Origin: Octopus vulgaris | Taxonomy: Eukaryota | DNA length: 64,000 nucleotides | Reading direction: 5' to 3' | Assembly (NCBI GenBank): GCA_951406725.2 | Contig: OX597840.1 | Coordinates: 4,836,001 to 4,900,000, forward strand | Shown here: positions 13,506 through 27,411 of the stretch, one piece after another | Position numbering within the stretch: position 1 is the stretch's first letter | Layout of the letters: every line of letters begins with the position of its first letter | Notes under the pieces: model-generated | Told to the model about the DNA's origin: nothing | The model's input: the letters and a program-made list of their open reading frames with translations, nothing else | Databases searched by the model: none | Program-made: the position numbers and the translations under genes

Positions 13506-15576
13506 CTGTCACAACAAGCGCAGAAATCTCAGCACCGCATGGATTGACTATAAAAAGGCCTTAGACAGTATACCGCATCCATGGATCTTGAGATCGCTGG
13601 ACATCTTCAAAATTTCCCCTGTGATTTCAAACTTCCTGAAGCACAATATGTCGTTGTGGAATACGAATCTCCAATTATACCACTCTAATGGAGTACTTGC
13701 CTCAGAAAATATAAACATCAACTGTGGAATTTTTCAAGGTGACTCACTTTCACCTTTAATATTCTGCATAGCCCTAATACCCCTTACAAGTGAATTAAAC
13801 AGAATAGGGTATGGGTATAAAATTGCCAATAAAAAAATAAGCCATCTATTTTATATGGATGACTTAAAACTTTATGGTAAAGACAATAATGAACTTGAAG
13901 GCCTATTGCGCACCGTGAAAGCATTCAGCGATGACATCGGGATGGAGTTTGGACTTGAGAAGTGTGCCAAGGCCACTTTCCAGAAAGGGAAAGTGAAGAC
14001 CACAAATTCAGTCGTGTTAGATGTTGACACAGTCATAAGAGAGCTTGAGCAAGAACAAACATACAAATATTTAGGGATAAATGAAGGCTCTGGTATTCAG
14101 CATGCAAGCATGAAAGAGAAAATCAGGAAGGAATGTTATAGGAGAGTTCGTGCAGTCCTGAAATCTGAACTAAATGCACGTAACAAGGTGTTAGCTATAA
14201 ATTCCTTAGCAGTTCCAGTTGTTACTTATAGCTACAATGTGTTGAACTGGAATATGAGTGAAGTAAAGAATATAGATAGGAAAATACGCAAGCTGCTGAG
14301 TTGTAATAGGATGCACCACCCAAAGGCAGACGTAGATCGCCTTTACCTTCCCAGAGCCCAAGGAGGTCGAGGCCTGATCCAATTTGAACTAGCTTACAAA
14401 ACAACCACAATTGGACTGGCCAAATATCTCGAAATATCGAATGACTGGATGCTAAAGCTCGTGGAACATCACGAGAGACGAAAGAAGCTTCATTCTATCA
14501 TAAAGGAAAGCAAAAAATTTGCTATTGATCTCGTGCAGGATACCCAAACTGAACAACCCGAGGGAAGTACGGCAACTATTGTTGCAAAGAAGGTGAAAAT
14601 GATGGCAATGAAAAAAGCGCACGAGCAATTGGCTGATAGGTGGGAGGAGAAACCTCTGCACGGCAAATATGTGACCCGCAGCAAACAAGCTGATGTTGAC
14701 CAGAAGCAAACCCATCAGTGGCTACGGAGCTCAGGGCTAAAAACAGAGAGCGAAGGTTTCATCCTGGCTGCTCAAGATCAAAGCCTATTAACCCGGAACT
14801 ACCAGGCCAATGTGATGAAAAATGGAGCAGACCCAAAATGCCGATTCTGCAACGACATGATTGAAACAGTGGACCACCTAATCTCTGGATGTAAAGTCTT
14901 AGCACCAGTGGAGTATAAATTAATACATGACAGAGTTGGCCAACATCTCCACTGGCTAATAAGACGGCATTACAATATCAAAACTGCTGACAAGTGGTAT
15001 AATCACCACCCTGAGGCTGTAACTGAAGGAGAAAATGTAACCATTCTGTGGGACTTTCCAGTACATACAGACCGAACCATCAAGGCCAATAAACCAGATA
15101 TTGTTGTGAAAGACCAAAACAATAAAGTTTGCTTATTGATCGACATGAGCATCCCCTGTGATCATAATATCTCAGCGAAAGAGTTTGACAAGCTCAGAAA
15201 ATATAAAGACCTACTCATTGAAATTGAGAAAATGTGGCATCTCAAGGCGGTTACAATACCAGTGATCGTAGGAGCACTAGGAATGATCAAGAAGGGAACC
15301 GAAAATTATATGAGAATGATCCCTGGCTTACCATCCCTGCAAGAAGTGCAAAAGATTGTCTTAACTGGTACATCACACGTATTGAGAAGAGCATTGTCGA
15401 TGTGAGAACTGTTGCTGCTCATGTATTTTAATTTAACTTAAAAAAAAAAAAAAAATGAACGAACTACTGAGTTTGGTTTAATGGCCTACCAATGTATACT
15501 ATCAGTTTCTTTGCCCTAGGAGTCGGGAAGACACTCGGCAAGAAATGGAAGCAAATTTGAAAGAAGAAGAAAAAAG
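13504..15576 (+). mobile_element. 5'-truncated R4/Dong-type non-LTR retrotransposon (RT + CCHC + restriction-like endonuclease), family A
   Basis: Uninterrupted ORF 13504-15405: WIDYKKALDS, GIFQGDSLSP, YMDD, FGLEKC, YKYLG, CRFC-x8-HLISGC zinc knuckle, KPDIV..LID..KLRKY RLE. ~170-bp 3' UTR. Flanked on both sides by (AAT)n. Confidence 0.92.
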
Positions 15577-15626
15577 TAATAATAATAATAATAATGATAA
15601 TAATAATAATGATAATAATAATAATG

Positions 15627-16168
<542 letters not shown>

Positions 16169-16390
16169 AAAAAGAAACAGCAATTTTAGCAAAACATAAT
16201 TAAGCAACACAGATATTAAATAAAAAAACAAAAATAAACAAGCTTTTGACAGTTTTATAGATATTTCAAAATTAAGATGCTATGATGCTAGGTGTTTCCA
16301 TTATTTTGTACAACCCCTATATATATTATACATGTGGTGCATCAACATGACCTCAGCCCTGGGCTGAAACCAGTAAAAGATAAAAGATAT

Positions 16391-16761
16391 ACTCTTTTAC
16401 TTGTTTCAGTCCTTTGACTGTGGCCATGCTGGAGCACCGCCTTTAGTCGAGCAAATCGACCCCAGGACTTATTCTTTGTAAGTCCAGTACTTATTCTATC
16501 GTTCTCTTTTGCCGAACCACTAAGTGACGGGGATGTAAACACACCAGCATCGATTATCAAGCAATGCTAGGGGGACAAACACAGACAAACAAACACACAC
16601 ATATATATGTATATATATATATATACATATATACGACAGGCTTCTTTCAGTTTCCGTCTACCAAATCCACTCACAAGGCATTGGTCGGCCCGGGGCTATA
16701 GCAGAAGACACTTGCCCAAGATACCACGCAGTGGGACTGAACCCGGAACCATGTGGTTGGT
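16391..16761 (-). mobile_element. SINE family S1 (5' end clipped)
   Basis: Reverse-complement homologue. Confidence 0.85.
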
Positions 16762-16764
16762 TAT

Positions 16765-16842
<78 letters not shown>

Positions 16843-17210
16843 AGAGACACATTTATAAGAATGGTAAGGTCTACCTCGATAGAATTTGAAGCAAGGACAT
16901 AAAGGCAGACGAAATACTGCTAAGCATTTGGTCAGGTGAGTAACGCTTGTTAGATTTCTCCCTTAATATAAAGTTATGAAAAATGGGTCCAAATTTTGGT
17001 ACAAGCCCGGCTAGTTCAGGTGAGGAGTTAATCTATCCTAGTAAACGACTGATGCTTATTTTACCGATCCTGAAAGGAGGAAAAGCAAAATAGACTTTGT
17101 CGGAATTTGAAACCAGAATATAAAGACGGATGAGATGCCGCTAATCATTCCGTTCGGCATGGTAACGGTTCTGTCAGCTGAAAGCCTTTATATAAAGCTA
17201 ATAAACAATA

Positions 17211-17608
17211 GGCGCAGGAGTGACTGTGTGGTAGGTGGCTTGTTTAGCAGTCACATGGTGCCGGGTTCAGTCCCACTGCGTGGCACCTTGGGCAAGTGTC
17301 TTGTACTATAGCCTCGGGCCGACCAAAGCCTTGTGAGTGGATTTGGTAGACGGAAACTGAAAGAAGCCTGTTGTATATATATGTATATGTGTGTGTGCGT
17401 GTATGTTTGTGTTTGTCCCCCTAGCATTGCTTGACAACCGATGCTGGTGTGTTTATGTCGCCGTCACTTAGCGGTTCGGCAAACGAGACCGATAGAATAA
17501 GTACTGGGATTACAAAGAATAAGTCCCGGGGTCGAGTTGCTCGATTAAAGGCGGTGCTCCAGCATGGCCGCAGTCAAATGACTGAAACAAGTAAAAGAGT
17601 AAAAGAGT
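17211..17608 (+). mobile_element. SINE family S1
   Basis: Full length, starts ggcgcaggag. Confidence 0.85.
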
Positions 17609-17910
17609 AATAGCAAGTAATCCTTCTCTCGAAAATGTATATTTTTTATGACATCAACAAACATAAAATTCTCGCCGGTAAAAACAAAGCATTTAAAACA
17701 GATGGAGAAATTCGAAGGATTGCTTTGGTTCAATGGTAAAACGTTTGCCACGTTGAGAGGAGATGTAGGTTCGTGTCAATCGGGCACCCATCGACATTTT
17801 GTATTCAAAATGTTTTTGTAACCCAATATTTACATGCTATTATATATAGCTTTATGTGTGTGCTTCGAGATCCATTGTTCCCGAAAAGAATTATATATAC
17901 ACACACACAC

Positions 17911-17967
<57 letters not shown>

Positions 17968-18099
17968 AAAGATATGCATGTCTTTTATATATGTAGTGTA
18001 AGTAATGAACAAAAAGGAAAAAAAGATAGACAACATAGGAGGAAATCATTTTTGACAAATATCACCTTAACTCAACACTTAAAATGAAAGTGTGGTAAA

Positions 18100-18135
18100 C
18101 GTAACGTTTCGGACACGTTCCTTCGTCAGATGAAA
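18100..18135 (-). ncRNA. Minimal hammerhead motif, weak stem I
   Basis: Minus strand: CTGACGA-a-gga(acgtg)tcc-GAAA-cg-TT. Confidence 0.55.
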
Positions 18136-18790
18136 AGTATGGAAAAAGTCAAGAACTGCTTAAGATAAAGAAAATCAGACAAGGGGTTTCACACACACAC
18201 ACACACACACGTATGTATTATGCATGTAGGTAGGTAGGTAGGTAGGTAGGTGGGTAGGTAATTATTAGTAAAATAAAAAGAGAATAGTCATCATTCAAAG
18301 ACATGGAAGATATAAGAGATGAAATCAGAAAAAAGAATTTTGAAAATGAGGAAGAATCCTTATTATGAGAGTAAAATGCTTTGGGAATAATAAGCGAAAC
18401 GGAAAGCAAAAATTCATGCTCACAAAGACTATATTGCATAAAGAAAATAACAACCAGAAGGCACTGGACTCTTTGTACACACACTGTAAGATGACGTAAT
18501 GGGTTTGTAGCTTAATTCATCTCGTGAAGTAACAGGTGGAGAAATAAGAAAGAAAAACAACGAAGGAGCATGATAAAGAAATAAATTTCCTACGACCGGT
18601 AACAATGCTAGCTCCGTCCTCCACTGACAACCACCATTGCCCTTGCAGCAGACCCGAGGCGCGCACATCACACGCGGCCTTACAATCAGTTGTACCGTGA
18701 AGGAGAATGATAACAATATGACTAATAACTCAACAGCCAGTACAACGACAAAAAATAACAACAACAACAGCAACAACAACAATAATAATA

Positions 18791-18842
<52 letters not shown>

Positions 18843-18870
18843 CAACAATAATAATATTAATAATAGTAAA

Positions 18871-18908
<38 letters not shown>

Positions 18909-18930
18909 TAATAATAATAAAATAACAATG

Positions 18931-19105
<175 letters not shown>

Positions 19106-19124
19106 TAATAATAATAATAAAAAA

Positions 19125-19663
19125 TACTCTGATGCAGTACCAGGCAGTGGCTCTCATGGATTCTGATCTTAACTGATTGGAAGTGTTATCATGTACATTG
19201 TTTTGTCTTGGTATAAAAGATGGGCTACAGCAAATATTCTGCTCAATACCACAGATTTGCTTGTCAGTTGTTTGACCGTAGCCAGTTGAGCATGTCCCTT
19301 AGTGGCTGACAATATGTGCATCTCTGACCACGAACAGATGTAGTGGGGGAGCATCATAGCCGTGTGTTGAGAGGGATTCTTTGGGGTTTGAATAATTCAC
19401 CTTTGGAGACATCCTTAAACAAACCTTATTCAGGGACCTTTTGAGCAGGATGGGCTACTGGACTCGAAGAAAATTCTGACTGGGCCTCATCTGCGAGGTC
19501 ATGCGCTGTTTATCTTGATATGAGATCACCATGTCGCGCACATATGGTTGTGATGCATGTGCCTGGTGTACCCTTATCAGACGGATAGTCATGATGGGTA
19601 TACTGGACTTTGGTATATTTGTACCCCAGTGTCACTTTGATGGCATGCACTGCTCTCTCACTC
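19125..19663 (+). mobile_element. Full-length ~540-bp non-coding AAT-targeting element ('element E')
   Basis: Begins ..ctgatgcagtaccaggcagtggctctc and ends ctgctctctcactc + (AAT)n; homologous copies elsewhere in the window. Confidence 0.8.
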
Positions 19664-19670
19664 AATCATG

Positions 19671-19715
<45 letters not shown>

Positions 19716-20122
19716 TGTCAGAGACCATGAAGAAAAAAAATGCTTTCTAATTGATGTATCAGTACCGGCAGATGACAACGTGTCTCTAAAAGAAATGGAG
19801 AAACTCTCAAAATACAAAGACCTGGAAATAGAGGTAACTAGAATGTGGAATCTGAAAACAGAAACAATTCCTATCATAGTAGGTGCATTAGGCATGATAA
19901 AAAAATATTCAGACAAATACATAACAAAAACACCAGGACTTACAAACACATATAACATACAGAAAATTGCACTACTAGGCACTGCACACATCCTACGCAG
20001 AACACTTTCCATACAATAACCATCAGAGCATCACAACAAATCACAGCACATACCCAAGGCACACAGAGCTGCGCTCGGTAGTGAAGTGAAAGCACGCTAT
20101 AAAAATAAAAATAAAACTACTG
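19716..20122 (+). mobile_element. 5'-truncated R4/Dong-type element, family B (RLE C-terminus + 3' UTR)
   Basis: [47 protein letters not shown]. Flanked by (AAT)n. Confidence 0.88.
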
Positions 20123-20196
20123 AATAATAATAATAATAATGATAATAATAATAATAATAACAACGATAATAATAATAATTATGATGATGATGATAG

Positions 20197-20227
<31 letters not shown>

Positions 20228-20229
20228 GG

Positions 20230-20260
<31 letters not shown>

Positions 20261-20791
20261 GATGATGATGGTCATGATGATGATGATAATGATGATGACG
20301 ATGACGATGATGATCCTGATGATAATGATGATGATGGTGATGATGATAGTGATGTTGACGATGATGACGATAACGTCGACCCTGACGATGACGACGATGA
20401 TGGTGGTGGCGGTCGTGATGATGACGACGACAGTGACGATGACGTAGACGCTGACAACAACAACAACAACAATAATGATGATGATGTTGCTGATAACGAT
20501 AATGATGATGATGATGGCGATAATGACGATAAGGAAAGATGATAAGGAGGATGTGGAGGATAATTGTGAAGATGATAGGCATGGAGATGATGATGGCGAT
20601 AATGATGAACAACAACGACAATAATGATGACGAAGATTATGATGATGATGATGATGATGATGTTGACGTTAATGATAGTAGACTATTGATAGTAAATCAT
20701 TGTTAGTAATAATAACACTAATAATAACCATAATAGCACTGAAAATAATTTATCATTATTATTGTTGTTGCCTTTGTTCTTCTTATTATTA

Positions 20792-20840
<49 letters not shown>

Positions 20841-20841
20841 A

Positions 20842-20894
<53 letters not shown>

Positions 20895-20895
20895 A

Positions 20896-20940
<45 letters not shown>

Positions 20941-21037
20941 CATCATCATCATTATTATTATTAGTATTATTATTATTGTTATTATGATTATGATTATAAT
21001 TATTATTATTATTATCATTATCATTATTACCACTATC

Positions 21038-21077
<40 letters not shown>

Positions 21078-21340
21078 GTTGTTGTTGTTGTTGTTGTTGT
21101 TATTAGTATCATCATCATCATCATCATCATTATGACGTTGGTAATGATGACAATAATAAGTTTATTAATAATACTGTCAGTAACAATTATTATTATAATA
21201 ACAGTAACAGGGACAGATATAATGATGCTGATGATGATGATGATGATGATGGCATTATTGTTAGACAGTTAATAACAACAACAATAAGAAGAAATAACAA
21301 TTAAAATACTGATGACTACTACTACTACTACTACTACTAG

Positions 21341-21412
<72 letters not shown>

Positions 21413-21619
21413 TAAAAAGATAATATTACAATAATAATATTTATTATTATCAGTATAATTTTATTTTTTCTTTCCTTTTTTAAATATTTCTTTTATATGA
21501 AGAAGATGATGATGATGATGATGATAACAGTAATGATAATATAAACAATAGTAATTCTTTCATTTCCGTTTGCCTCAAGTATCCCTTCACCCTTTCAACA
21601 AACTGTATACAAACAAATT

Positions 21620-21701
<82 letters not shown>

Positions 21702-21750
21702 GTGTGTGTATGTGTATATGTATGTGTGCACCATACATATATTTATATAC

Positions 21751-21783
<33 letters not shown>

Positions 21784-21809
21784 TGTATGTATGTATGTAT
21801 GTATGTATG

Positions 21810-21900
<91 letters not shown>

Positions 21901-21983
21901 GCAGGGCAAAGAGCTTGTATGACTTATAAAGAACTGTGAATTTCTTTTATTCGGTATGTAAATTACATAAAATTATTAAATCA

Positions 21984-22026
<43 letters not shown>

Positions 22027-22794
22027 CATATACATACACATGTATGTGTGTGAGCATGTGCGCGTGTGTGTGTCTGAAGATATTTAATTGAAGGAAAAAT
22101 CCTACAAACCCCAAAGTCATATCAAAGCCCCCCCCCTGTCCTTTATCATTCTCTTTGCGTACTGTCTATGTATTGAACGCTACTAGTCCTGAAATTTCCC
22201 ATGAGGCATTTGGTTACCGGAACAAGCGATACATGACCCCACGTCTCTGTTTTAATTCAATTACATTTTTACAATTGTCTAAAAACTGCTATCTACAAGC
22301 TATCTATTTCCCGTATGTCTCATATAATTAGGACCCATTTTATCTCAACTTTCGCTTTCACTTTGCCTGAAATATTCTTGCTTCTGTTTTTTTTAAAAGT
22401 CGTGCGTGAATTCTTCTTTCGCTGTTTGCAAAATTAAGAATTTCTTAGAGACGAATACAAGTTTCGCTTTGTACGTTCACTGCTCGCTTGGAATTTGAAG
22501 CTTCTCTCGTTTTTCTGTCTTCTCTTCTACCCGCAGCAGTTTGCCAAATACGTGGCTGGTTCATATCCTAATTTTTATTGCAAGACGTTTGTTTGAATTT
22601 ATTAAAACTGAGGATATTGTGAATATTTTAGCAATATTCCGTGCGGCGACTGATGTGTTCCGGATGTGGTACTTTCTACGTCCTATTACACTGTGTAACA
22701 CGATTTTTGTCCCTGGGTGGCAATTGTTATTTCCTGTTTGCTGGAAAATGGCTAATATTTCTTTCAAACTTTGCTTTTCATACTTTTCTTCAAA

Positions 22795-22945
22795 TTCCGA
22801 AGAATCCCTCTCAACACATGGCTATGATGCCCTCCTTTTACCCCTGCTCATCATCAGAAATGCACATACTGTCAGCCATAAAAGGACATGCTCAAGTGGT
22901 TAAGGTCAAGCAACTGACAAGCAAATCTGTGGTATTGAGCATATT
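22795..22945 (-). mobile_element. Internal fragment of element E
   Basis: Reverse complement of ~19230-19385 (aagaatccctctcaacacatggctatgatgc..gtggtattgagca). Confidence 0.65.
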
Positions 22946-23016
22946 TTTTGCTACAACGATATTTCTGCTTCATCAACTCAGTGCTTAATCTGTCTGAAAT
23001 GTAATGGAAAATAGGT

Positions 23017-23243
23017 GAGCGAGCTGGCAGAAACGTTAGGGCGCCCCGGGCAAAATGCTTTGGGGTATTTCGTCTGCCGCTACGTCCTGAGTTCAAATTC
23101 CGCCGAGGTCGACTTTGCCTTTCATCATTTCGGGGTCGATTAAATAAGTACCAGTTACGCACTGAGGTTGACATAATCGACTTAATCCGTTTGTCTGTCC
23201 TTGTTTGTCCCCTCTATGTGTAGCCCCTTGTGGGCAGAAATAA
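23017..23243 (+). mobile_element. SINE family S2 with Tx1-like 3' tail
   Basis: Head gagctggcagaaacgttag..gagttcaaattcc (B box); central gtcgactttgcctttcatc..ggggtcgat. 10-bp TSD gaaaataggt (23007-23016 / 23244-23253). Confidence 0.82.
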
Positions 23244-24392
23244 GAAAATAGGTCAGTTTCAAAATATTCATGTCCAGATCACAGAAGCAAAGTTTGAAGG
23301 GAATAGTAGTCATTTCCTTTGATTTCTAGATAGAATCAAATAGGAAAATAACACTTACTGACCACAGACAAAAAAAATTAGGATATGAACCAGCCACGTA
23401 TTTGGCAAACTGCTACAGGTAGAAGAGAAGACAGAAAAACGAGAGAAGTTTCACCTCCAAGCGAGCAGTGAACGTACAAGGCGAAAAAATAATGTGTTGG
23501 GGGTCATCTTTACCTTGTTATCTCCCCTACTTTTCTCCTCGTGTTTGACCCTTTTGTCCGACACTAGTCGTCATGATAGATCGTTAGCCACTGCACACAT
23601 TTTTTTCTCTCCTTGTTTTTTCCGTGTCCCTTTCTATATAAAAGCATCGGCTCGAAACGTAAAAGACTTTTTCTATTCCTGAGCTTTATACTAATACATC
23701 TGCTTGTTTTGTTATTTTCGTAAACTCTCCCTAAATAAATAAGATGTTATTTAAATAAATAAATAAAGTGTTATTGGTTACCTGATTTGCTGTTAGCCTC
23801 TCCTCCAAACAACTCTCTCTCTCGTTTCCCTCTTGCGTCTGTCCAGTTCCTCAGGACAGAGACCTCAAATGACTCATTCTGTCACATGTGTGGCTGCTTG
23901 GCCTTTTGTTTTACTCCATGGTTTTTCTGTATCAGGCTCCAGTGGCATTTTAAGATCTTCAAGGGATGGGATGGACATCGACACTTGTATGGTTATACAG
24001 ACTCATTTTTAGACTAATTTGGACTCATTTTTAGTTACGTCGGTGCTCACCAACTGATCGTACTGAGCCCAAGGCTGACGTCGAACAAATGTTTGACTCG
24101 TTGCCAATGCTACTGGCCATTACTTTTGTATTTCACTGACCCATATACTGCGGCACGATATTGTCGACAAATGTGTCGCGTTTGAAATAATATAAAAGCA
24201 TGAGTTTGTTTCTGTGAATATTTCTCAGGCAAAGAGGCACTGACCTTTGTAACACCTCTCCCACGTATTCTTATATCCAGAAATTCTTTTTGGCTCGCCT
24301 TGCTACCAAGTTACATAATAAAATTCGCTTTAACTTTTTTTGTGAATGTGCAAGGGGAGACTAAATATTTCTAAAGTCTTCTACATACATAA

Positions 24393-24589
24393 GCGCAGGA
24401 GTGGCTGTGTGGTAAGTAGCTTGCTTACCAGCAACATGGTTCTGGGTTCAGTCCCACTGCGTGACGACTTGGGCAAGTGTCTTCTACTATAGCCTCGGGC
24501 CGACCAAAGCCTTGTGATTGGATTTGGTAAACAGAAACTGAAAGAAGCCTGTCATATATATATATATATATGTATATGTATATATATAC

Positions 24590-24625
<36 letters not shown>

Positions 24626-24836
24626 CTGTGTTTGCCCCCACAACATTGCTTGACAACCGATGCTGGTGTGTTTACGTCCCCGTAACTTAGCGATTCGGCA
24701 AAAGAGTCCGATAGAATAAGTACTAGGCTTACAAACAATAAGTCCTGGGGTCAATTTGCTTGACTAAAGGCGGTGCTCCAGCATGGCCACAATCAAATGA
24801 CTGAAACAAGTAAAAGAGTAAAAAGAGAAAGAGAGT
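24393..24836 (+). mobile_element. SINE family S1
   Basis: Full-length homologue. Partial S1 copies also at ~1640-1860, 3617-3697(-), 12090-12580(-), 25306-25495, 34676-34950, 55846-55995(-) and 61739-61898. Confidence 0.85.
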
Positions 24837-25123
24837 ATACAAAGTTATCTGCTAGAAAACAATTCCCTTAAGTAAACCGCTAGTTGTAAATTCAAGATAT
24901 CCATGGAATATCCTACAAACATTATCTGTACAATCCCAATAATAAATATTTTCAAATGTTGGCAATAGGCCTGAAATTTTGCACCTTCCACAGTTACAAA
25001 CTGGTACCTCGAAACGATGAAAAACAAAGTTGACCTCGATGGGATTTGAACTCAGAACGTAAAGCCAGAAGAAAATGCTGTCAAGCATTTTGCTCGGCGC
25101 ACAAACGATTTTAACTGCTTAAA

Positions 25124-25223
<100 letters not shown>

Positions 25224-25259
25224 GTAATAATAATAATAATAATAATAGTAATAATAATA

Positions 25260-25299
<40 letters not shown>

Positions 25300-25536
25300 C
25301 AACAATCCCCAAGCATTGCTTGACAACCGATGCTGGTGTGTTTATGTCCCCGTTACTTAGCGGTTCGGCAAAAGAGACCGATAGAATAAGTACTGGGCTT
25401 ACAAAAGAATAAGTCCCGGGGTCGAGTTGCTCGATTAAAGGCGGTGCTCCAGCATGGCCGCAGTCAAATGACTGAAACAAGTAACAGAGAGAGTAACAGA
25501 GTAACAGAGAGTAATAATAAAATAACAATAATAATG

Positions 25537-25580
<44 letters not shown>

Positions 25581-25690
25581 GATGATGATAATAATGATAA
25601 TAAAAAAAAAAAATAATAATAATAATAATATATCAGAAATACTAAATTTCTAAATCTCTCGTAGAGACATGTACGGTGGTGGGGCGATAG

Positions 25691-26031
25691 AATGGTTGTA
25701 TACTGTCAATCTAACATGAACGTGACAGTAGGGGGGGGGGTACACCACCGCTGTTTAGCCCTAGGAAGCATCGACATCTCCTGATGGCTTTGACACACGT
25801 GTTTCAGGAAGATTGTCCTTCGTCGGCCGACGAAAGACAATCATCCTGTAACACGTGTCCCTAGATACAGCCCGGGCGGCTGGGGGTATTTGTCTCCCCT
25901 TCGTAAATGTATACAAGGACACAGGAAAAATGTGTCAAAGCCATCAGGAGGCGTCGATGCTTCCTAGGGCTAAACAGCGGTGGTGTACCCCCTACTGTCA
26001 CGTTCGTGTTAGATTGACAGTATACAACCAT

Positions 26032-26032
<1 letters not shown>
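25691..26032. repeat. Nested inverted repeat: ~105-bp outer arms plus an inner 66-bp hairpin
   Basis: 25691-25797 versus 25931-26032; inner axis tcgtcgg|ccgacga at 25826/25827. Confidence 0.9.
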
Positions 26033-26094
<62 letters not shown>

Positions 26095-26098
<4 letters not shown>

Positions 26099-26511
26099 GA
26101 CCAGATATAGTTGTCAAAGATCATGGAGAAAAAAATGCTTTCTAATTGATGTATCAATACCGGCAGATGACAACATGTCTCTAAAAGAAATGGAGAAACT
26201 CTCAAAATACAAAGACCTGGAAATAGAGGTAACCAGAATGTGGAATCTAAAAACAGAAACAATTCCTATCATAGTAGGTGCATTAGGCATGATAAAAAAA
26301 TATTCAGACAAATACATAACAAAAACACCAGGACTTACAAACACATATAACATACAGAAAATTGCATTACTAGGCACTGCACACATCCTACGCAGAACAC
26401 TTTCCATACAATAACCATCAAAGCATCACAACAAATCACAGCACATACCCAAGGCACACAGAGCTGCGCTCGGTAGTGAAGTGAAAGCACGCTATAAAAA
26501 TAAAACTACTG
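26095..26511 (+). mobile_element. 5'-truncated R4/Dong-type element, family B
   Basis: Starts RPDIVVKDH and is near-identical to 19716-20122. (AAT)n flanks. Ends ~80 bp before the HGSNAT exon at 26594. Confidence 0.88.
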
Positions 26512-26536
26512 AATAATAATAATAATAATAACAATT

Positions 26537-26568
<32 letters not shown>

Positions 26569-26593
26569 AAACATCTCTTCTTTCTGTCCGCAG

Positions 26594-26668
26594 GCGGGTC
26601 GCATCATTGTACAATATCCCTCACACAAGGAACGCATCTTTAGATGGACGGTGTACACCATTGCTACG
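26594..26668 (+). CDS. HGSNAT: HGSNAT coding exon: AGRIIVQYPSHKERIFRWTVYTIAT
   Basis: Polypyrimidine tract plus cgcAG acceptor, GTaaag donor; 75 bp, phase 0/0. Continues ..FLGLQ|AGRII.. as HGSNAT does (..GVQ|AGKIL..). Too short for the ORF track. Confidence 0.9.
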
Positions 26669-26902
26669 GTAAAGAACGTTTTTTTTTAATTACTTATTCT
26701 ATTCATTAGTCTTGTTTCTGATTTCTTTCATTTTGTTGTATTATATTTTTATACTTTTATGATTATGCATTTTAGGTTTCTAGTCTCGGGTGGAGATGCT
26801 GATGACGAGGCTAAACGCAGAGAAAGAAGTGCGCGTGTATTTGTGTAGGTGTATGTGTGTATAAGTATGTGTGTGAGTGTGAATGTGAGTGCGTGTGTCT
26901 AT

Positions 26903-27411
<509 letters not shown>

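Noticed and set aside
13504-15405. Prokaryotic RT system (retron, group II intron, DGR) or CRISPR-associated RT
   Set aside because: The domain order RT-CCHC-PD(D/E)xK and the eukaryotic intron context identify a non-LTR retrotransposon. No repeat-spacer array exists in the window.
18270-18720. Purine-rich stretch with a short GC-rich patch as a possible extra exon or nested gene
   Set aside because: No recognisable protein motif or consistent splice sites, and the HGSNAT frame is complete without it.
26798-26830. CTGATGA..GAAA hammerhead candidate (also CTGATGA at ~10324 and ~39964)
   Set aside because: No stem II, stem III or stem I complementarity.
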